Assembly: GCF_003044035.1 (NCBI RefSeq)
Contig: NZ_NVQC01000040.1
Span: 1,213-33,212, forward strand
Origin: Candidatus Methylomirabilis limnetica
GTDB lineage: Bacteria; Methylomirabilota; Methylomirabilia; Methylomirabilales; Methylomirabilaceae
DNA: 32,000 nucleotides
Direction of reading: 5' to 3'
Positions 26,964 to 32,000 of the stretch are shown here, piece after piece; within the stretch, counting starts at the first letter, position 1; the number at the start of each line of letters is the position of its first letter. The notes under the pieces are model-generated. The model saw only the letters and a program-made list of their open reading frames with translations. It did no database searches and was not told where the DNA came from. The translations under genes were made by a program, and so were the position numbers.

Positions 26964-27950
26964 ATGGAGCGAAGCATGCCAGGTAACCCGGAAGAAGGGT
27001 CGAGTTCACAGCCAGCCCCGGGGGAACCACATTCAGGGCGCATCCTGGATTGGATCAATGCAATTGCCAAGGTGTCCGTACCTGTTGTGGTTGCGGTCGC
27101 GACTTGGGTAGGGGCGTACTATGCGAACAAATTTCAGGGGCAAATGTCCAGCGCTACCTTACTCAGTGAGCGTGAAAAGGCCGAGAGTCAGCTCCGGGCT
27201 TCCATGTTCAGCAGCCTTATCGATCCGATCGCCGGACCGAGGCGAGGAGACGGTATGTCCGCCGACGGGGAACGACTGCTGGTGGAGCTGCTCGCCCTCA
27301 ATTTCCATGAGCATTTCGAGTTGAAGCCGTTGTTCGACCGGGTGGACAGGCGACTCGCCAACGAGGGGGCACAGGAAGCGCGCAGGTCGTTGAGATCGGT
27401 CGCTGATCGGATCATTGATCGGCAGATCGCCTCGCTGAGAAAGGAGGGGAGTGGCAATAGCTCTGATGGGGCAGGGGCCAGGGTTGACGTGCTGACCATC
27501 ACGGAGACGCCGCTGACCCCCTCACAGAAGGCGGTGTTTGATTCGCTCGTCGCCAATGAGCAACGGCCGTATCAGGTGGTGGCGAAACTGCAAGAGCCGA
27601 TTGGCGACTTAACCTCACCCGACGGGAAACACCGATTGACCGTTGTCGTAGACGAAGCCGACTGGGCCAATCATCGATTGAAGTTGCAGCTCGTCGCCAT
27701 CAGCACGAAAGGGGGGTCGCTGGACTCAAGCGTGGCGTTCACCCTCACCCACTTTGACTTCCCCCTTACCGACAATACCCTCTTCCCTGATGGCAACCGA
27801 ATCGCGCTCGCCCTCTCCAGCGTCCACACTGAGGGGGAACTAAAAAGCATAGCCCTCAAGCTTATCTGGTTCCCAAAGGACTATTTTACGCCTCGGGAAC
27901 GGCCCCTCGACAACAGTGAGTTCCTGAAGCTGGTGGGGAAGAAAACATAG
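26964..27950 (+). CDS. Hypothetical single-pass membrane protein
   Basis: It starts 3 nt after the preceding stop, suggesting translational coupling. One TM helix, ILDWINAIAKVSVPVVVAVATWVGAYY, is followed by a ~270-aa domain in which I recognise no motifs. Confidence 0.5.
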   Translation: MERSMPGNPEEGSSSQPAPGEPHSGRILDWINAIAKVSVPVVVAVATWVGAYYANKFQGQMSSATLLSEREKAESQLRASMFSSLIDPIAGPRRGDGMSADGERLLVELLALNFHEHFELKPLFDRVDRRLANEGAQEARRSLRSVADRIIDRQIASLRKEGSGNSSDGAGARVDVLTITETPLTPSQKAVFDSLVANEQRPYQVVAKLQEPIGDLTSPDGKHRLTVVVDEADWANHRLKLQLVAISTKGGSLDSSVAFTLTHFDFPLTDNTLFPDGNRIALALSSVHTEGELKSIALKLIWFPKDYFTPRERPLDNSEFLKLVGKKT

Positions 27951-27968
27951 GGTAAGGAGCCATCAAGT

Positions 27969-27977
27969 TGCTATAAT
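27969..27977 (+). promoter_or_regulatory. Extended -10 element TGCTATAAT
   Basis: Perfect TGnTATAAT in the 256-nt spacer upstream of the lipoprotein gene. There is no good -35, and it would imply a ~230-nt leader. Confidence 0.3.
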
Positions 27978-28206
27978 GGAGCCAGAAAGTGAAGTAGGTG
28001 GATCCTGACACGTCTCCTCTTTGAAAAGAAGGCGGGAGAGTAGAGGAAGGCGAACGTGTTGCGCGGGTAACGAAAGGCAGTGGGCAACATGCTCATCTTT
28101 TCAGCTCGGACTTGAGAAACCACTGAGCGCCTGTAAGCCGATCGCAAAGAAACAGATGAATACGTGACACCCAGGCGTGACTATGAGGGAAAGGGGGAGT
28201 AAAAGG

Positions 28207-28911
28207 ATGACCGGAAGGGTGACTGCCTTGATCTGTGTGGTGCTGAGTGTGGTCCTTGCTGCGGGATGCCGGAGCAGGAGCGAGCTCCGCCTCAAAGCCG
28301 TTAATACAAGCGCTTCAACCATTTACTGCCTCTTTGATCCATCCTGTACGGTGACCTTTACCGACAGTGGCACCACTCCTATCCCGGTGGCGGCTGGGGG
28401 AACGAGTTTCCTCCAGACTCGCACCTTCGTGGGCAAGTCAGGTACGCCGGCGAGCGGTCTGTATGGGTACGAGTACCGGATTGACCTCTCGAAGGCCGTT
28501 GAGACCATGGTTGATGTCGAGGATTTCGGTAAGGTCAAGTACATGCCCTGTCAGCTTTCTATAGCGCTTGAGTTCGGTCCCATCATCGACACCCTGGATT
28601 ATAATGGCGATGGGAAGACTGGAGATCTGGCCTATGTCGTCACGAGCGGCGGTCCTGGAAAGATAGGCCTCGATTCCTTTGAGCGATACCACAACATGCT
28701 CACGTTTCGCTTCGACTCTCCCGTCTGCGCCGGGCGCCTCGATAGCGAGGGCGATAGCACCTACTTCTTTGGTCTTGTCTCCGCACGACCGCCGCGGTCC
28801 ATCACAGCAACAATCAAGGAGACGGCCGGTATAGGCTCTGCGTCGCCAAAAATGAAGAAGAATATACGGCACAAAGTGCTGGTCAGCGCACCTCAGATAG
28901 GCAATGAGTGA
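28207..28911 (+). CDS. Hypothetical lipoprotein
   Basis: The ATG at 28207 has GGGGGAG 7 nt upstream. MTGRVTALICVVLSVVLAAG|C is a classical lipobox. No family is recognised for the mature part. The ORF-track start is 28177. Confidence 0.55.
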   Translation: MTGRVTALICVVLSVVLAAGCRSRSELRLKAVNTSASTIYCLFDPSCTVTFTDSGTTPIPVAAGGTSFLQTRTFVGKSGTPASGLYGYEYRIDLSKAVETMVDVEDFGKVKYMPCQLSIALEFGPIIDTLDYNGDGKTGDLAYVVTSGGPGKIGLDSFERYHNMLTFRFDSPVCAGRLDSEGDSTYFFGLVSARPPRSITATIKETAGIGSASPKMKKNIRHKVLVSAPQIGNE

Positions 28912-29054
28912 GCCGGATCATCCCCGAAAGTCTTTGACATCAATCCTGGGATTGTCAGAGTAGCCTGTGGCGATTTAGCGGAGGACCTGAGCCGGATCCT
29001 GCCGGTCCAAAGGACGGGGTAGGTAGCCTGGACGGACTAGCTTGAGTTCAATGA

Positions 29055-29082
29055 GATACCCCGCAGCAAGCTGCGGGGTATC
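29055..29082 (+). terminator. Intrinsic terminator-like hairpin
   Basis: GATACCCCGCAGC-AA-GCTGCGGGGTATC followed by GTCTTCTGTC. Confidence 0.5.
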
Positions 29083-29089
29083 GTCTTCT

Positions 29090-29207
29090 GTCATGACCCG
29101 TCATTCCGTGCTTGACACGGAATCCAGTCTGGCCCTCTGGATACCGGCTTCCGCCGGTATGACGAACTCGCGGCAAGCCGCAGAGTATCAACCATCAACG
29201 GAATGAC
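29090..29207. repeat. REP/MITE-like nested palindromic element
   Basis: Outer 10-bp inverted repeat GTCATTCCGT (29100-29109) / ACGGAATGAC (29198-29207). Inner hairpins are ATTCCGTG-cttga-CACGGAAT (29103-29123) and ATACCGGC-ttcc-GCCGGTAT (29141-29160), plus GCGGC-aa-GCCGC. The GGAATCCAG..CTGGAT flavour resembles repeat elements seen in many environmental genomes. Confidence 0.6.
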
Positions 29208-29302
29208 CATAGTCGGTCTTCGATCAAGAAGTCTTTTCTAGGCGACGTTCATCTTCGCCACGATCCTTTACAGGGGAGGGCCGCCTCGGCTATAGTCGGG
29301 AT

Positions 29303-31813
29303 ATGGCCACCGAACCTGACCATCTTCTCGTTGAAATCGCCCTGCCGGTTCCCCCACGAAGGGTCCTGACGTATACCATCCCGTCCGATTTACAGAAACA
29401 GGTTGAGGTCGGCAAGCGAGCCCTCGTGCCGCTTGGCCCTCGCCTGGTGACCGGGTATATTGTCGGTCTCCACACGTTCAGCGATCAGCCGTCAGCCGTC
29501 AGGCATCAGGCATCAGAACTCAAGCCGATTGACGCGATCCTGGACCCCGAGCCGCTGCTAGATCACCACATGCTGGAGCTCACACGCCTTATAGCGGACT
29601 ACTATCTGACGTCGTGGGGGCTGGTTATTCGGGCAGCTCTGCCCCCTGGGATCGATCGTAGGACGGCTCGGACTGTCGAGCTCATCGAGTCTCCGGACCT
29701 TTTCCCACATACGTTAAGCGGGGAGCGCCTCACCCAAGAGGCCGGCAAGCTTGGCCCCCTCCAGCAGCAGATGCTTGCCGCTCTGCAAGTGCAACGCCGG
29801 ATGCTGCTTTCATCCCTCAAACAGCGGTGGCCGGACGAGGAGGTCGATCGTCTCATCCGCATGCTTGTCAGACAGAACCTGGCGAGGGTGGAATACCGCG
29901 AATGCCTGCCATTGGTTCGGCCTGCCTATCGGTCCTTGCTCGGCCTGGCCGTCGACCGCGCCTCTGCGGAGGCCGAGTTGGCCGCTCTCCGACGACGGGC
30001 GCCGCGACAGGCCTCGTTACTCGATCGCCTGCTGCAATCAGGATCAACACTCACGTCTGTAGAGGCCACAGTCCTCGCTGGCGCCTCCGGGGTTCGCGGC
30101 CTCATCGCCAAAGGCTTCATCCGTCGAGTTACGGAGGTGGTTGAGCGGTCTCCCTGGGAAGAGCCCGTTGTTGCCACGGGCTCCTGGCCTGAGCCCAACT
30201 CAGCCCAACAAACAGCGATTGATGGGCTCCTGGCGGGACTACCCTCTCGCACATTTTTCCCGGCACTGCTCCATGGCGCAACGGGGAGCGGGAAAACCGA
30301 GGTCTATCTTCGAGTGATCGGCGAGGTGGTACGACAGGGAAGGCAGGCGCTCGTACTCGTTCCGGAAATCGCCTTGACCCCTGTTACTGCCGATCGATTC
30401 CGCTCCCGCTTCGGGGACCGGGTCGCACTACTGCACAGCGGCCTCTCGCCTGGCGAGCGGCTGGATCAGTGGTACCGCATCAAGCGCGGGATGGCCGATA
30501 TCGTCGTGGGTACGCGGTCCGCGGTCTTCGCCCCTCTCTCTCGCCTTAGCCTCATCGTGGTCGATGAAGAGCACGACGACTCTTATAAGCAGCAAGATGA
30601 GCCGCGCTACCACGCGAGGGATGTAGCCCTGGCCAGAGGGCAGATGCTTGGGATTGCAGTCCTCCTTGGTTCCGCGACCCCAGCCTTTGAAAGTATCCAT
30701 CGTGCCAAGGAAGGGGCCTACCGACTATTCCTGCTTCCAGAGCGGGTTGAAGCCAGGACACTGCCCTCGATGACACTGATAGATATGCGCGAAGAACGTG
30801 CGAAGTGCGAGGTGCGAGGCGCTCCGCTCATCTTCTCCCGACGGCTGGCGGACGCGATCAAGGAGACGCTGGCTAAAGGGGAGCAGGTCTTGCTGTTCTT
30901 GAATCGACGGGGTTACGCCAGAGTACTGCTCTGCCGTGACTGCGGTTTCGCCTTGCACTGCCCACATTGCAGCCTACCGCTCATCTACCATGCGGTGGAC
31001 GCCAGGATGCGCTGCCATTACTGCGATCATCGAGAACGCCCGCCCGCCCGCTGTCCCAAGTGCGGTGGGTTCGCGTTCGGATTCCTAGGGTATGGGACGC
31101 AGCAGGTAGAGGCCGCTGCTCGGCTCCTTGCGCCGGACGCGACCATGACCAGGATGGATCGTGACACCACGCGGCGACGGCGGGCGCACCAGCAGATACT
31201 AAAGGCCGTTGAGCAGGGACAGACGCAGGTCCTGATCGGAACGCAGATGGTTGGGAAGGGGCACGACTTCCCCGGGATTACCTTGGTCGGGGTCCTCTCT
31301 GCCGATGCCTCGATGGTGCTCCCCGATTTCAGGGCCGGGGAACGAACCTATGCCCTGCTCACACAGGTGGCCGGACGGGCCGGCCGTGGCGACCGGCCTG
31401 GTCAGGTGCTGGTTCAGACCTACAACCCGGATCACTATAGTATCCTCGCAGCCCGCAATCACGATTATGAAGCACTGTACCGAATCGAGCAGCCACTCAG
31501 AGAGAAGCGCGGCCTTCCTCCCTTCGGCTTCCTCGTCCTGCTCCTGGTCACCTCTTCAAAAGAGGGCCACGCGCAAGAGAAAGCCGAACGGCTCACCAGC
31601 CTTCTCCTGGAACGGGCCGTTTCGTCCCTTACTATCGAGGGACCGGCTCCGGCGCCGCTTTACCGGCTGAAAGGACGCTATCGCTGGCAGATCCTCGCCA
31701 AAGGTCCTGACCCGAGTACACTGCATCACTGGGTCAAGGAGACGATTGCGCTGCTCCCGCCGTCAGAACAAGTGGGCATCGAGGTCGATGTCGATCCCGT
31801 CAATCTGTGTTGA
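29303..31813 (+). CDS. priA: Primosomal protein N' (replication restart helicase PriA)
   Basis: Walker A GATGSGKTEVY, DEEHD, Zn-binding CRDCG..CPHCS..CHYCD..CPKCG, and GTQMVGKGHDFP. Confidence 0.95.
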   Translation: MATEPDHLLVEIALPVPPRRVLTYTIPSDLQKQVEVGKRALVPLGPRLVTGYIVGLHTFSDQPSAVRHQASELKPIDAILDPEPLLDHHMLELTRLIADYYLTSWGLVIRAALPPGIDRRTARTVELIESPDLFPHTLSGERLTQEAGKLGPLQQQMLAALQVQRRMLLSSLKQRWPDEEVDRLIRMLVRQNLARVEYRECLPLVRPAYRSLLGLAVDRASAEAELAALRRRAPRQASLLDRLLQSGSTLTSVEATVLAGASGVRGLIAKGFIRRVTEVVERSPWEEPVVATGSWPEPNSAQQTAIDGLLAGLPSRTFFPALLHGATGSGKTEVYLRVIGEVVRQGRQALVLVPEIALTPVTADRFRSRFGDRVALLHSGLSPGERLDQWYRIKRGMADIVVGTRSAVFAPLSRLSLIVVDEEHDDSYKQQDEPRYHARDVALARGQMLGIAVLLGSATPAFESIHRAKEGAYRLFLLPERVEARTLPSMTLIDMREERAKCEVRGAPLIFSRRLADAIKETLAKGEQVLLFLNRRGYARVLLCRDCGFALHCPHCSLPLIYHAVDARMRCHYCDHRERPPARCPKCGGFAFGFLGYGTQQVEAAARLLAPDATMTRMDRDTTRRRRAHQQILKAVEQGQTQVLIGTQMVGKGHDFPGITLVGVLSADASMVLPDFRAGERTYALLTQVAGRAGRGDRPGQVLVQTYNPDHYSILAARNHDYEALYRIEQPLREKRGLPPFGFLVLLLVTSSKEGHAQEKAERLTSLLLERAVSSLTIEGPAPAPLYRLKGRYRWQILAKGPDPSTLHHWVKETIALLPPSEQVGIEVDVDPVNLC
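29479..29520. repeat. Six in-phase heptamers (42 nt, 14 codons) inside priA
   Basis: CAGCGAT CAGCCGT CAGCCGT CAGGCAT CAGGCAT CAGAACT, translated as SDQPSAVRHQASEL. Confidence 0.9.
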
Positions 31814-31820
31814 ACGAGCA

Positions 31821-31872
31821 GCTATTAGCACTCAGCCGTCAGCGTTCAGCTTCTCTTGCTGACTGCTGAAGG
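31821..31872. repeat. TCAGC-type heptamers in opposed orientation forming an imperfect hairpin downstream of priA
   Basis: CTCAGCC GTCAGCG TTCAGCT TCTCTTG CTGACTG CTGAAGG. 31836-31850 pairs with 31858-31872 (12 Watson-Crick pairs plus 1 G-U out of 15, loop TTCTCTT). It may act as the priA terminator, but no U-tract follows. Confidence 0.6.
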
Positions 31873-31900
31873 CGGGTGTAAGACAAATTTATGGGTAATA

Positions 31901-31954
31901 TTGACTTTTCCCTTTTTTTGGCCTATCATCTGATTGTTAATTGAGCAATCAGAT
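31901..31954 (+). promoter_or_regulatory. Near-consensus sigma70-type promoter overlapping a 9-bp perfect inverted repeat (candidate operator)
   Basis: TTGACT (31901-31906), 17-nt spacer, TATCAT (31924-31929). ATCTGATTG (31928-31936), 9-nt spacer, CAATCAGAT (31946-31954). Then AAGGAGG and the ATG at 31966. Confidence 0.55.
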
Positions 31955-31965
31955 AAGGAGGCCTT

Positions 31966-32000
31966 ATGACAACACCACTTGAACAACTGGAAGAGCGCCG
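31966..32000 (+). CDS. 5' end of the second copy of the small Cys-motif (DUF6788-like) gene; partial
   Basis: MTTPLEQLEERR... matches the copy A N-terminus MATPLEQLEERR. It runs off the window. Confidence 0.7.
   Translation, partial: MTTPLEQLEER

Larger units (their letters stand above)
31866..32000. repeat. Copy B of the repeated gene cassette (truncated by the window end), inverted relative to copy A
   Basis: 31874-32000 aligns with the reverse complement of 1887-2013 at ~90% identity by eye. Confidence 0.8.

Overview
No rRNA, tRNA or CRISPR array was found by eye in this 32-kb chromosomal window from a moderately GC-rich bacterium. The core is housekeeping: yebC-ruvCAB, a DUF2905-like gene, queA-tgt-yajC, mtnA, an Slt-type lytic transglycosylase, coaBC, a family-4 UDG and priA. 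Between yajC and mtnA lies a co-directional minus-strand denitrification block, nirS-nirJ-nirF-napA-napB-fused nirD/L. From memory this order matches NC10 'Candidatus Methylomirabilis'; that attribution is inference only. Three things stand out. (1) A family of 7-nt tandem repeats (TCAGC-type and ACCCT-type) plus a 9-nt family occurs at a dozen or more loci. Some copies are in-frame insertions in queA, priA and slt, and one near-identical 34-nt module is read in different frames in queA and slt. (2) Two inverted, roughly 90% identical copies of a small Cys-motif gene cassette, each with its own promoter and 9-bp palindrome, bracket the central 30 kb (1540-2019 and 31866-window end). (3) An orphan patch (25.5-28.9 kb) holds a leaderless papain-like C1 peptidase followed by three exported or membrane proteins of unknown function. 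MITE/REP-like nested palindromes lie at 17.8 kb and 29.1 kb. All calls rest on reading the sequence and ORF translations. No database search was run.
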